A stretch of DNA of 62,258 bases from Sphaeroforma arctica JP610 (taxonomy: Eukaryota). A program made the translations under genes and the position numbers. Shown piece by piece: positions 12,756 to 27,679 of this stretch. The DNA is taken from assembly GCF_001186125.1 (NCBI RefSeq), contig NW_014040325.1, positions 5,046 to 67,303 on the forward strand, read 5' to 3'. Under the pieces are notes generated by a model. That model was given only the letters and a program-made list of their open reading frames with translations. It was not told the DNA's origin and did not search any database. How positions within the stretch are numbered: the stretch's first letter is position 1; each line of letters begins with the position of its first letter.

Positions 12756-13695
12756 CTTTTATTTTTTTTATAATTTGTATATATTTTTTACTAATTAATT
12801 CGGGGGACACCGGTCCAATTGATCACATTTCACAATTCACACTCATTTTTATTGTCACAAAAAGGGGGTTTTTTCCTCGAAGCAGGTGTGTCTACGGTAA
12901 TCTGTCCAACGTTTTTGCTCGGATGATAAGCGGAGGTTTATCTCCGAAAACCATCTAGATAAAATTCAACTGCATGCTTACAGTGACACCCCAACTATAA
13001 TACTGTTTCGTAACCCATTAATTCAACTCTCATCAAAGCCATGTGCATAAACTACAACAGCTACTGCCAACAATTACACCATGGCTTAGTACCATTACCG
13101 TTCACTCGATATCGACATATCTGGAATCGGTCATATCAAACTCTCCTAGGAATATATATACTTAGCATTATCTGGGAGATACCTTTACACAATTGCTTCT
13201 ATTGCTGTATCACTAGATATACGTCAGATTTGACTCAGCTGCAGGTGTCTCATACTCTGCTATGCTACAACTAGTAGTACCACTAGTCAACACAAAACTA
13301 CCACATTATACGCTCAAATAGTGACGGTCAAGACTGCACAGATGAATTTTTAACATTTCGCAACAAAAAGCATTCGGCCAAAGGGAATTCTCAGTACTGC
13401 TTGAAGATTGGCGTTTTCGCTTACGATGATAAATTTCCAGGAGACTTAGCTATCTATGTAAAATTGATGTCAGTCTTGGTTTAAACTGTATTTATTTTGT
13501 TTTTCAAATTTGATATTCCACTATTAGACGGAAACCGTCGCAAGCAAGTGGGCCACAAAGCCGAGTTGTACTATCATTGGGTCGCCTGAACGTCAACAAA
13601 GCACTAAAGTTTAAAGCATTGACGGGTCAGAGTTTATACTGAAGACTTATTTTGATCGTAGAATTGTTTAAATATCAGATTGCAATACTGCAATG

Positions 13696-16600
13696 TCACT
13701 TTTTTTTCCTTCGATAATTCCACCCCCCACTCCCTCGAGCACGCCCTGATGCCTTTTTAGTGGCCGGGCGTCTCCTAGTTTGCGATCGCGATCCTGCAAT
13801 GTGAAGCGGACAGACTTCGTTATCAGTCGAATGCATATTCAATAATATGAGAAAATTCGAACGACCATGTTCCTTTGTGATGAGGAAATGAAAGTGGTAT
13901 ATGACACCTGAATAGGTGTCATTCACTATACAACATATGACGCCCATTGATATTTCGCAAGTCCTAGAAAGAGAGGTAATCATGCGTATATGGCTATTTC
14001 TCTTTTGAGTTAATGGAAAGGTGTTTGTGTTTCCCACCAATATCTGATCGACACTGACCAAGAGATAGAACCCTTTGCCGCTTACAGTTTATCTCATTCA
14101 CTAGATAGTCACTAAATAGTGGAATAAAGAAGCCTCCAGGGGATCGTAAGCCCGACGACACTGTAGTAAGATATTCCCGGGCACAGCAATAGCCAACAGC
14201 ATGATATATATCCAAGGTACCCTAAAATAAACCATAGTCGTGTACACAATCGCCAAAACACCGTGACAAAGATTCGGTTTATTTCATTATCGTAGGTGCA
14301 GAAAGGCCTGCCGAAATCATGGCACATGAAGTGGTCATAACATAAGCACATACCACTAGAAAGACTAAAGATAATAGAGACATCGCGAGTACTTTACCCT
14401 AGCTACGTATGCGCACATAATCTCGCATACTTGTATCACCGGGCGAAACCTTACCTGTCGCTTTTGCCGGAACGCCTTTGGCACCCACCCGCGAGTTGCC
14501 GAATTGATCTGCGAGGAACTGCGAATGGGGCTCAGCTAACGGTACAAATCCTTTGATGGGACTCATATTGGCAAATAGGGCCTCATCAATCATGTTATCG
14601 GGGTCGTACGTTTCTGTCAGATAACCCGTTTTACCTAGCAGGGATGGAGGGAACATATCTATGAACCAGGGCAACGCGAGTTCATACACTGGTTCCCCAG
14701 ACAGAATCTAGGCACATACATGTTGAGACACTTTACAGTGAACGATGTCAAGGATATGCGCATGAATATAGAAGGATATAATCTCGGTATACGATCGTAT
14801 AGATACACAACCGCGGTGAAAAGTGAAAAGCGTTGTCAACAAGAATTTTCCGAAAGGGAAAAGAGTATGCGATACTTGACTACACATTTGAGACGTAAAT
14901 CGTTGTTCAAATAGACGTCAACACGTGACGTGTAAAGCAGATCGATTCAGATTGCAGTACGCCTGCAGAATTTGGGAAGGGGATTAATTCTACACAGCAA
15001 CGATAAATATCATACTCCACCACGACCAACCTCACAAGGCATGAAAACAAGTGCTGTGTTCAATAGCTCACAACGGCGTTGTGCATGTGATTAGTAAAAT
15101 GGCTCAATACCGATGTTGCCTACTAAGACATGAGGAGCATCGTACCAGAACTGACTGGTTTGTTGGGCCAAGGCCCAGCGGCGATTAGTCCACTACGTAA
15201 CAGATCGTCTAATCAGATGCTCTTGTCAATACATTCGTTACTGTCCTGAAAGGGTTTGATATAGATGCACTTGTCGATCTGGGTTTCCTCTGTATCAAGC
15301 ATACGGTGGCTTGCCACCACGTACGTATCAGCCCAGATCATTAACGCATCTATAAGCTTCACTAATGTTCCCTCACTAAAAATTCTTGAACACATACCAC
15401 AATCACATCAGGTACGCATACTTGACAGGTAAGCGAGCAGTTATTTTCACACACCAGGGTCCGGGTCACGCAGCGGATCTGACGCATCATTGTCCTCATC
15501 ATCGAAGCGCACAGAGGTTGAGTGGATGTGTGTAGCTGGAATGGAAGTGACCTGGAAGGAAAGTCGAGTGTACAACAGGTCAATTTGCAGTGCTGTAATT
15601 TATATATAACTATAAGGCTACGAAACAAAATGCAATGTAAGTGTAGGACAATGTTACATTTCACTGTCTATAGATGTGTTTTATAAAATGTGTCTGACCG
15701 AAAGGCACACGTCCAACCGCACAATCAACTGAGTATCCAATCAGACAGCACAAGCACCTCACTGATCAATTTGTATGTGAAAACGCTTCAACGTAACCTA
15801 GATCAAAACGCGATATGTCATGCACAAATCAATTCGAATGCCCAACAGACGACTATTCCGGTATATTGTTCACGCGATGAAAAGTAGAACATTGCGTGCA
15901 AACCTCAATAGCACACGATGCAGAACTCATCAACACGAGCGTCGGACAACCTCTCGAAGTTCAAGACAGGCGCATTTATGATCAGTACTAGTGACAACTT
16001 TGAACGTGTGTGCAGCAAGATAAGACTCCCTTGAAACATCACATCGTATACGAGAGAATCACTCAGGAAAAGTGCAATGGTGAGGCTGAAGAGTAGCACG
16101 TACTGCATATACACACAGTGCATTTAAAATGCGAACAATATTTCCCTACAGGCTCGCACCCGTGGAATCATCGTGCTCACATACATCGTCCGTTTGCTGG
16201 CGGGTGCGCTGACTTTTAGTCATATTGGACAAAATCTCATCTAAACTGTCATTGCTGTCACTGTCAACTGATATAGGGCCCTGTTTCTTTTGTTGATGCG
16301 ACCTGGCAAGTTGATTTTGGCTTGTGAGTGTGGTGAAAAATACCACTATTCAAATTCATAGCTTTAATTTAAGTAGGATTTGAACAAAAAGTTTTTAATT
16401 TATAGGTTCACAGTTTGCCCATTTATCATCGCTACAGACAGCAGCGGATGAATCAAAGGTGGATGCGGAAAGCATGTTCGTCCAGGCGTGGCGCCAAATA
16501 CCACGCCGCTATAACAATATGGCTTTTGAGCAGTGAGAGAGCGCAGAAAATATGTTTCACCAACGAGTACTAGCAAACAAAGGCAAGTTTTTCCACAGGG

Positions 16601-19600
16601 AGTGGAAACAGGCAATGAAGCTATACAGTGTGATTTAGAGTAACGCATTGACGCGTTCACGAAGTGATAACGAGAAGCAAGCTGAGCGCTATACATGGTC
16701 ACCAGTGGTGCCCAATATGATAATAATAGAGTGGCCATCACAAAGGCTATTATCGAGATATGAAGATAGCTTGAACAAAAAAGGAAACATTACAGACACC
16801 ACACATGACATGTGGTGGAAGCAACGTTAATGAAAAATGCCATATAGAGAGTGTGTTCCCATTATATTATGATGCAGTTGTGATACCTTCGCCCTGGTGT
16901 GCGCTCACAAATAGCATCCAACCCCAGGCTGGCCACCTGAGCTGTGCTGTTTGTGGCCCTATTCGACCTTCTCGTCTTCTGCTGAGGCTCGACGGTACTT
17001 CTGTGCGCACCGTGACTGCTGCTGTCTCTTGCAATCGACTTGTTGCTATCATCTTGAACTCTGTATGACTCTCTGTGCGTGAGTGTTGGCCGTATGGGTT
17101 GCTTGAACAGGCCCGTACCCGTTGCCCCGGCGTGAGTGTCTGATCGACTTGCGGCACCCTTTCCACTTATCCGAGATGCGATCCCCCGAACTTCGGCATG
17201 TGTTGGACCTTTGGAACTCAATGCAACGCTCGATAAGATTGCCGCTGCATACGGTCGGTTGGGTCTGCTCGCCCCATCTTCCAACTTGCCAAACATCTGT
17301 ACAATAAGTGCCAAAAACAAGGCCAAATCAAATTCAAGTGAATATCGCAGATAATAGATATTCCGACTTGATGTGGAAAGTAGAAGTATTCAACATTTGT
17401 GGCCGTTCGAGCCAAATTCAAACCGGAGGGCCAAAGTCGACAGTGATTCGAAGGAGGGCGCATTCAGTCGTATAAGCAGACGAACAAATCGCGAGGAGTT
17501 ACACATGACACAAAACATCTCCGCATGAAGGTAGAGATGAGAAATTCTCGCAACAACTGTGTATGTGTGATTGAACACGATCCTCAGAGGTTTGACGTAT
17601 ATATTACCGCCATCCGCGTATTCTGCATGAGCATGTGTTTATTTCATTTTGGAGAGGGGCGTGTGTGTATGTGTGAACATAACAAAACAAAAGGACGAGG
17701 AACTGGAAAGTACACAAACGACAGTACCTCTTTAATGGTCTGATTGCTTTTCGAGCCCATCTGTTTCGCTCGCCCAGGATAGATGACCTTGATGTTGGGT
17801 CGCACAAGCGGAGCCTTATTGTGCTCTGCTTTCTACGACAACGCATGTAACCATGGATGGTGAAAGGGAAAGTTTGGGCGCCACATGTTCAAGGGTGTGA
17901 GGGAAAGTTTGGGCACCACATGTTCATGGTGGGACAGAATATACATTTGCTTACTTATTGCGCTCTGCGTTGTACGTCAATACATTTAACCATGCATGGT
18001 GCAAGGAAAAGTTTGGGCACCACATGTTCATGGTGGGACAGAATATACATTTGCTTCTGTAACGAGGATTGCCTGTGACCAGAAATCAGTGAACTATATG
18101 AATGAAGGATGCGGTTCCAAACTTCGCAGTAGATGCAATCCGATTAGTTTTGTCCCAAATACTTGGACATGCAACAATGTTGCTAAACTCCAATTCAATT
18201 CAAACATAAAAAATTGATGGCAAGAAAGTCAACCTAGGAATCAGTGATGGGCACAACAAGCACACATTCTCAATAAATGTAAGATTTCAACACTCTATTT
18301 TAAGCGAATGGAGATACCACCCGTAAATACAAACATCCTTAACAGACACACATTTCGCATTTGAACTGTTCAAATTCATCTGTAGACGGTGATGTAACCG
18401 TTTTTTTCGCAGTGAGCGTTCTACTCCCGAAGGGACAAGTAGATTAACACCACATGCCCAATGCTCACCCACATGTAGCATTAAACGTGCATACAACTAT
18501 CATACATACACAAGCATAAACGCACACGGCAGAATCAGCGCACCACTCTCCGACCACAGGCATGTACTCACTTCACACATACGCGACAAAGTCTACCTAC
18601 TTGCCCATTCCGGCCGGCCCTCTTCGAGTTTGGTTTAATCCACTGATCCGACTGTGTGGGTAGGTCGTGCGAGGAATCGACAGCTGTCAGGACGTGTGGT
18701 ATGGCGTATGTAGAGGCGCGTGCGTAGGCATCGCTCGTGGGCGCCGTTCCAGGACTCTCGTCGTTGTCGATGTCGATAGCTACCACTGGTGAACTGGTAG
18801 GAAGCACAAGGGGTGACTCGAGTGTGAGAGAAGGCAGGCTGGGATATAGACGATCGCGGCACCAGTTGGCAGATCTACATCACCAGATAGATAGATCATA
18901 GCTTACTCAGGAAGTTGATCGCAGCACAGATCTGCACCTCTCCCAGATGTGTGGCACCACGACACCATACAGTGCTTATTCAAATTGACACATTAGGCTT
19001 ACTGGCCCACGTCGGAACAACAGTTTTGCATGGGGAGAAGTGAAGTGAGCATTCAGATCAGATTCGATTTTATGAGGAACACGACTGTCTTAATACAAGC
19101 ACAACAGCGTGTACTGGGTGACACGGCCGAACTCAGTGTGGCTTAATCCCGACCTCCGAAACCAATTCAATATTCGAGCCTTCTGAATAAACATTTTTAT
19201 ATGTTACAATCAATGACAACGGGTGTTGATACGGACGCACACATATACGTATGTACACATTCATAAATGTCAGAGATACACATTTACAATTGCGTACGCG
19301 ATACGATCAAAGAGCTATAACATAGGCAGAGTAAGAAATCAGTCATGTTCGAATCTACAACTAACCATTCATGCAAACCACGAAATATGAATTGCTATCT
19401 AGTTATGTAGGCCAGAATAAATTGTCTCACGGGATGGTTGAGTACACGAGCACAACATCACACACAACTACGCATATAAATTTAACCACATTGCGTTATG
19501 TAATACATGTATGCCCACGCTTGATGCAGCTAAACCATGCACACAAGACTTAAACACACAAGACTTAAACAAACTAGTTGGCTGCGCACTGTTCGTACGA

Positions 19601-22600
19601 AAAGACACAACCCCACACTAATAGATATGCGATATAAGTGTATATGAACTATAAACGGATATATCGAACAAATAAACACATGCTTTACGTTATAGCCAAT
19701 ACTGCCATGTATGGGAACATCACGGTGTCGATAAGACATGTCTATATTGACCGGCTAAAACCGTGCATGTACCTTCACTTCTGAAGAACCTTGTTTTCTG
19801 CGCCAATTGGGGTTGTATAGTATATAGTTGTGAATGGGATAGAATCACCAACAGCACGTTAAAATACATACGATGTGATAATACAGGCATACAACTGATT
19901 ATTGTATAAAGAAAGGCTTTCTCAACGTGACAACTGCATACAACCCAGCTATGAAACTGCGGGGGGCACCCACATACTTCGCACAATTCACGGAGTGCCT
20001 TTCTCCGCCTTTTTGTGACGTCGTCTTTCGATCGTCGTCGGCAGACCCATCTAAAACCATATTTAGGGTTGAGGGTTTAGGGTTTAAGTTTAGAGGGTTA
20101 GTGCAGTTCTGACATAGAAACTAAGGCGTAGTTGCGCCAGATGCGACCCAGCATACCTATACGAGCGATATTAAAGTGCAGCAGCACGACATACGGAACC
20201 TTAGGTGAGGTTTTAGTATTCTCATAATTTCAGCTGGTACACAGATCCATAAAGTAAGACGGATGGGCTATGTAAGCTAGTACAGGCAGTAATGATATGT
20301 CGACATAAATTGAGCATAGGCGTGATCTCAACGCAGATCGAGACTAAGTGATGAAAGATAAGCGGTGGAATACAGCACTAGCGCAGAGTGNNNNNNNNNN
20401 NNNNNNNNNNNNNNNNNNNNNNNNNNNNNNNNNNNNNNNNNNNNNNNNNNNNNNNNNNNNNNNNNNNNATTCTCCTTCTAATTTGCAGTGACAATGTGCA
20501 GACAATCCGCCTAGTATACACAGTTTCTCAAATTTCTAGATAAACCGAGCGCTGTGAACCAAATTATAGAAAATTCAAACCATAATTAAGATGGCACCAA
20601 CCAAAGTGTTGCGCTGCATCGCACTGCTACACACGGTACTTCAAGAAGTAGATTAAATTAAAAAAATTCTGGTTAAATCAGCGCTGACAGCAGTTGAGAA
20701 ACGTACCACAGCTGGCGGCGTGGGACTGGATTTCCCTGGAAGAAAACCGTTTGTAGCACAAGGGACACGCCACAGCGACCTATAGAGAAATGTGCTTGGA
20801 AGTTAGGTGGGTATATGACCTTGTTCAGAGTTCTTTTATGTAGCGTTTAACATTCATATAAGAGGGGGTTCCATTGCACAAGATGGAGCTATCCATGGGC
20901 GGAAACGATACATGCCGCACAGCATGAGGGGGTGGTATAGATGCGATCAAGTTTGTATGCAATGTACTGCTACTATGTCACATGTATCTGAATAGTTCAT
21001 AGAGTCTCCATTGCCATACGATCACATATCTGATTTAGTGAGCAGCACAAGACCAAGATAGAAACGACCATAAACGAAAAATATTTAGCCGTTTCTTGTT
21101 GGAAAACAATACTATCTAGCCGCATGATAGTATAATTTTACGCATGCAATTCCGAAGTCGACAGAATAATCAAAACGTGTTTAGAGCGCACACTATGCAG
21201 GTCGATTAAAAAATAGTTGTGGGTTTGTACGGTATGAGCGCAATAGACTCACCGGTAGACTATGGACCATGTCGGCATTGTTTTTCACGGATTCCTTCAT
21301 GTCCTGGGTATTGGCTCTGAAGGAATTGCACAATGAGAAATAATGAATACCTATGCCTTGAGCGTGGCATTGATAAGATTGTGATCAATAGGTATGTGCG
21401 TTAGTAGCTAATGATAGTCAAAAGCAGACAGACCATGAGTCCGCGACATGATATGATTGATAGCAAGCAGCCTCGACACAATTCTGATCATGCAAGTATG
21501 AACTTATAAGCTACTGTGTGTACATACGGATTGGCAGGTCACAGTACGACAATGCGATAGATGATTTAAAAGTGATTGACGACTGGACTGCCACAGGGAT
21601 TCATAAAATTAGGACTTCAAATCAACACACACATATGCATTACAAGAGGGGCGATGACATCCACTTCCATAAAGTTAAACGCGTGCGACATAACGCCCTT
21701 TATTGAAAAATAAATCTCCAAATGGAAAAAACCGTGCTACTTCCTGTAAAGTGCGGGATCATGAGAGTATGTATACATAATAAACTTATACCCCGTATCT
21801 GCATTGACCGTCTCTTTTAAGGGCGATTCAGCCTCCTCTCGAATCATGTCATACAGAGCTTGGGTGTTTAGACTGGCGCCCTGGCCCAGGTGCAGATAGT
21901 CTGTGGTGTCAACGGCCACAGGCTTGACTACCGATTGCGCTGAGGAATGCGGAGAGTAAGAAAGTTAGCAGAAAACTATGGCGTGAAGGTCACATCAGGC
22001 GGAGTAGAACTATCTGATCCGGTAAAACACCACTTTCTGCCAGTTTGTATATCGTGTTTTGCAGTTATGTATCGTCACGGGTGTGTGACTGCCAATTCGC
22101 CCTGGGGAGCTGTTTAGGCGGAAAGAAACCTCGCATCGCAATTATACAAACTAATGCGCTTGTCTCTACTATATCACTAGGCTCACGATAGTGCAACACA
22201 ATCTAACAACACGGCCGTTCCAGATGGTCTAAATCCATTTTTCGGGATTTGTTCTTTTTAAAACGACCACACAGATCTGACAGTCGATAGACTAACAAGT
22301 ATGAAGCACACACAGCCGATATGCGCACAACAGCTTATGCGTCCAGGGCGTATTCTGCTGCTCTTACCAGTCTTCTACTAGTAGCTCCCAAGCCTGAGTG
22401 GACACACCATTCCAAGACGGTCAGTGCAACATAGTATAGCGTAATGGAGCACTAGACAATACAGAACGAACCAATTGCACAGCTCACACACCGACTTGAT
22501 CCCACTGAGAGTCATCGTCAACGCTGTTGTCATATCCCTCCATCCCCATCGCCGCACTTTGCGCGAGCGTGTTTACGGTGTGCTCACACCTTCTACTTTC

Positions 22601-25600
22601 CGGCCTTACTGGTTGTGGCGACATTTCATCCCCTTCCATGGCAACGAGTGCATTCGGCGGTGCGCGTGTCTGCGTCCCCAAATGTACGCGTGCGAGCTCT
22701 GGCGAGTTTGTACACGTACGTGCGAGTGTGCGCGGGTGAGGGGTGCCGGTGTCCGTGTTTGGGTAGGACTCAATGTCCTCGATAACCGACAGGTCTTGGC
22801 CAGTGGCTGGTTGCTGTGGATGTCTTTGTCGCTGAGGGGTGTGCGTGTTCTGTGCTGAAGAGCCTCGTGCCCTGGTTGCCTTCTTGGCGGACAGGAAGGT
22901 GACAGCCGATTCCTGTTTCAGCTGCAGTGTGCAGGTGCATATGGGAGCAGGGTAAGCGAGATGAGATCCCGATATTGCGATACCTGTATCAATACTCATA
23001 CTCAGCATAGGCTCAATATCAATTCTGTTTTCTTGCCCTCTCTGAAATTATAATGGTCTAATATAGCATGCAATATAGGAAACACCGTCTCTTAGATTGA
23101 ATAATCTCCTACATTAAGTTAATCTTTATCCTAGCATGGACGCTCTGACATGTGTACGAATCGAACGCCCTATGCCGAATACTACTGGATAGGCAAATTC
23201 GCTGCAACAGCAAGGAAAGGAATAATCATGAGCCGATATCAACTTCGACAATCTGGTACGCTACATTGCGGTGAACCAGCAGAATAAGTGACCCATGGAC
23301 AAGCAATTTGCATTGGTATACATGTATATATACATACACGTGAACCGTACATTGTATAGCCTATCGTTGAACATTCTAACAGATTGTAATGATACAACTG
23401 TAGTCGAACAACTCGTCAGACAGCTACACCAATCACAGCGGTAGCGGACTAACCTACGCTTGCCCAAGTGTTTTGACAGACACAACACACACTTTGGCTG
23501 CACAGAACTCCTTCATATTTATGCTACATCCACACCACCCTGTAACATCCTCTCATACATAGGCACATACTGCTTCACCAGGTGCTACTAGACCGAGCAC
23601 TGGCGTTGGAGTGTACGAACGCGCTCGCCCACGGTCAGCCATACGCCGTCGTTTCAACCTTTGCGAGCGGGGTGTCTGCAACTCCAAGTCAATCACTGCG
23701 GTTGTGGATCGTTGTTTCACCCCTCTCACTGTAAAGTATAGAATTGTTAGGGTGACCATACGGTGAATACGTATGTATGTATGTATACTATGCAGCACAG
23801 CGACCTAGAATGGGAAAAGGAGGATCTTTCTAAGAGTCTTGGCATACCCGATGAAAAACTCGGTAACTCGGTTACATGGTCTGTGAGATATGTATTGCAA
23901 CACAACTGGCATACACACACAGAATCATTGCGCACACCACGCATATCCTTTCAGTCGTGCTATCCTCGATGAAACACTCGGTTACACGGTCTCAAGTAAA
24001 TCAATTGCAGACCAACTTTCATGCACATACAGAGGCTTTGCACACACAACGCATACTTGGGCCAGGCCGCATGGGTGTTTTCTTAGTGCAGCTCCTGCTC
24101 CCACTCCGTCTACCTACAGCCCCACACTCCCCTTCGCTCGCATGTACTGGTCCATTTTCTTCCGCCACCCGTTCTTGATGGTCTTGGATGGTCACTTTCG
24201 CTGCGTTCAAAAGTGGACTCTCACGGCCTTGCCGATGTTCGGTACGCGCGACATTTTCGCAGCCTTTGCCGGCGCGTGCTGTAGTAGGTTCAGGCGATTG
24301 CTGCTTAACCCGTAGGATCTGACTGAGTTGCATCGCCGGTGGCATGGAGTTTGAGTCGGAATCATTGCCCTTTGACAGAACAGCATGGGTATCAGCTAGG
24401 GATTCAGGTAGGCCTTCAGATTTAACTGAGCTTTGACTTTTGGCCTCCAAATCAGGCTTTTCGCGCGACCCATCCTTTTCAGCTGTTGCACTGGTTGTGC
24501 ATGTCAAAGTGGTCGTTGTCACCTGGGGATGTAAACCTTTCCTATCATCATCAACCATATCCACTCCACTTTGCGCCACCGTTTCCGTATATTCTCTCGC
24601 TAAGTCTTCTTTCTTGTATGGCGCCATAGCGGTGTGTTCGATCGTGCTTAGAGGATCATCCACGTTCGCCCCTTTAGCCGCCCACGCCGTCTCCTCACAT
24701 GCTGGTATGCTCTGCGGCGACAAGTTTATAAAAGTGGTACAAACGAAGATGTGAGATATCAAGCTGGTGAACACAAACAGAAAATGAAACGAGCTGAAGA
24801 TATCTACAGACCAAACTTCGGTCGAAAAAATATGTATGGACTGCATCCTTGCAACGAGATTCCCACCAAGTGATTGACCCAGCAGCCAATCCATTAGTGC
24901 GAAGATGTGAGGAATAAATTGATGATTACCAACGGAAAATGGAAAAAGCTAATAGCATATACAGACCACATCTCGGCCAAAGACACCCATTGAACTGCCA
25001 TCATTCGATTACCACTCAACATTCACACGATTTGTACCAACCCTTGCACACCACAGCTTTTGATCGGCCTGGCAGGGCATGGTGTAGTGCAAGCGCTCGA
25101 TGCGGAGCACCGGCAGCTGCACTTCTACACACGTCCCATGGGTGCTGCAAGCAAAGTGAGCGAACCCTTCTCTCTCAGCCAACTCCTTCAGAATTAGTTC
25201 CACCAACATGCTCCGATCGTGGCCATAGGTGTAGGCCTTTCCATGCCTGTCGCGAGACTTCGCACCCGTGACATCGGGCTGTGTTGTACGCGCGCTGTCG
25301 TGCTGCTCTGTGCCCGTAGTATTGCTGGGAGATGGGTGCGTGTGTACAGAGGTGCCAGCCAACTCGTTGTTCGTTTCCGTCTCTAACACATTATTTGTTG
25401 CGTCAGATTCAATACCCTCACAAAGTGTTTCAGCTGCAGCGCGCCTTGATTCCTCCTCTTGCCTGACGGGTGGTACACCACCAGTTGCCGTGGAAGAACA
25501 ACCTGCCCTCACTGTTGTTGCAGAGTCCCTGTGGAAGTGAAGTGAGTGGCAAAGACTCAATCAACACGCACTACGGCGGTGTAGCATATTGGGCACCATA

Positions 25601-27418
25601 CCCAAGGTAGTTCTGAGCTGGGCAAGCGTTGTATGGGATGGATGCTGCGACTACGCTACGTGAACTGTATAGCGGCACGAGACACAACAAAAAGTGAGCA
25701 CCGAAGGCATCACCTTCACTATACAATGAATATCTGCCTCAAAATTAGCAACTGGGCAATGCACATACCGATCATTATTCAAGAGCTCTGTATCTCTGTC
25801 GGCGACCCTCACACGTGCCAAAGTCCGCTCCTTTCTGCCGCGTCGTTTTCTGACTCGTACCGTATCACTCCGCTCAGAATCACCACCACTACCACTCCCT
25901 GATTGGCTAGACACACGCTTCTTGACGTCCGCATCACTTCCAACAGTATCAGTGTGTATCTTGCCATTGGCCTCTCTTTTTGATTTTCCGGCTGAAGTTC
26001 GGTATTTCCGAAGGCTCTCATCGGCCGAATCCTCATCCTCACTTCCTAGGATCACACCGTCGCCATCAGTTTCGCTCTGCAACGAACGTTGAATATATGT
26101 ATATATAATCATTACCGCATTTCGCCATATAACAGACAAACAAGTAATTAAAGAAAATCGTGAATTAAAATAAATAACTGAGGAAGCTAACTTCCGAGCT
26201 TAACACAAGAAGTTGACCAATTTTCAAGAAGGAGAAGCAACAAATCAGTCGCCGGCTCGAGTATTAGCGAAAGAATGATAAGATACAAATCAAAACTGCA
26301 ATTAGCTCAAATAACTCTATAAGAGAGGTGCTGAGATTTAAACGCTTGGGCAACTCAAAACAACTAAGTGAAAAGGTATAGCCATAGAGCGTACATATGT
26401 GTCTTGCGACGAAACACCTACTGAAACACCCGATGCACCACAGCCGACTGGAACGCACACAGATCAAAAGGCAAAGTCCACTATAGCCTATCATGCTCAC
26501 ACAAAACACACAACTTCACTGCCGTAATTTATAGGTCTCATACATGTGAGTATATTGTAGCAAATGATACACAACGATAACGCTAACAACGATAACAGCA
26601 ACGCTATCACCATTTTTTCACCCCATACATACCTCATGCCGTCCGTATACGTATTGCGAAGCGAGCAGGGACGGCGACCCGGGACTGTTGGGCGGTGAAC
26701 CTGGCACAGCTTCGTTCGCTTCGTGGCTGACGTAAGCCGTTGTTAACGTGCCCCCTTTGTTGCATGGTTTGTGGTACTGAGAGACAGTACAGTCTTTGTC
26801 GGCAGTGCACGTGGTGTGAGAGGTGCTGTGGTGTGTTGGGCAGTGACAGTTTTCTTTGCCGCCATCGCTGTGCCCGTCATTGAATGCCTTCTGAAAGGCA
26901 TACGTGTGTACGTGGGTATTCATTGCACAGGTCAGCAGTGGCCAACTATATAGAACTTCACGGTACATCGTATAGCATAGCAGAGATAATGTCTATTCCG
27001 GAGAATTCAACCGACTTGTCGCATAGATCTGATCGTACTATGTATGGATTTCAGACATACGGCACTGAACACATAAATGATTCTCACTAAATCATATATA
27101 TATGTATACGTGCTATCATATTTTCGAACGATTATCGATGTACACATGCTCGCATTTTCAATGGCTTAGCAAATAAACTTCGTACTTATCATGTCCGAAG
27201 CAGGATTAAAAATAATACTTATAAGTATTCATTTGCGATCGATGTCTTATCGGTACAAGTAGGAACGGCGTATGCAAAAATATTGCACAAACATACAAAG
27301 ACATATGTGTAGAAAAATACTTAAACGTGTATTGTAAAGTCATATACTACTCAATCTGCGATCATTCTTTTTGAAGCAAAACTCACTCACACATATATAT
27401 ATATATATGTGTGTGTGT

Positions 27419-27469
<51 letters not shown>

Positions 27470-27620
27470 ATATATATATATATATATATAAATAATATAT
27501 ATATACATANNNNNNNNNNNNNNNNNNNNTATATATATATATATATATAGTATACTATATATAGAACACACTACAACACACTATACACACGACACAACTA
27601 ACTAATACCCTACCTACTAC

Positions 27621-27679
<59 letters not shown>

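Noticed and set aside
15905..15975. DEFCIVCY as a RING-finger exon of the large minus-strand gene
   Set aside because: Immediate stop and weak acceptor; the flanking exons already join in phase without it.
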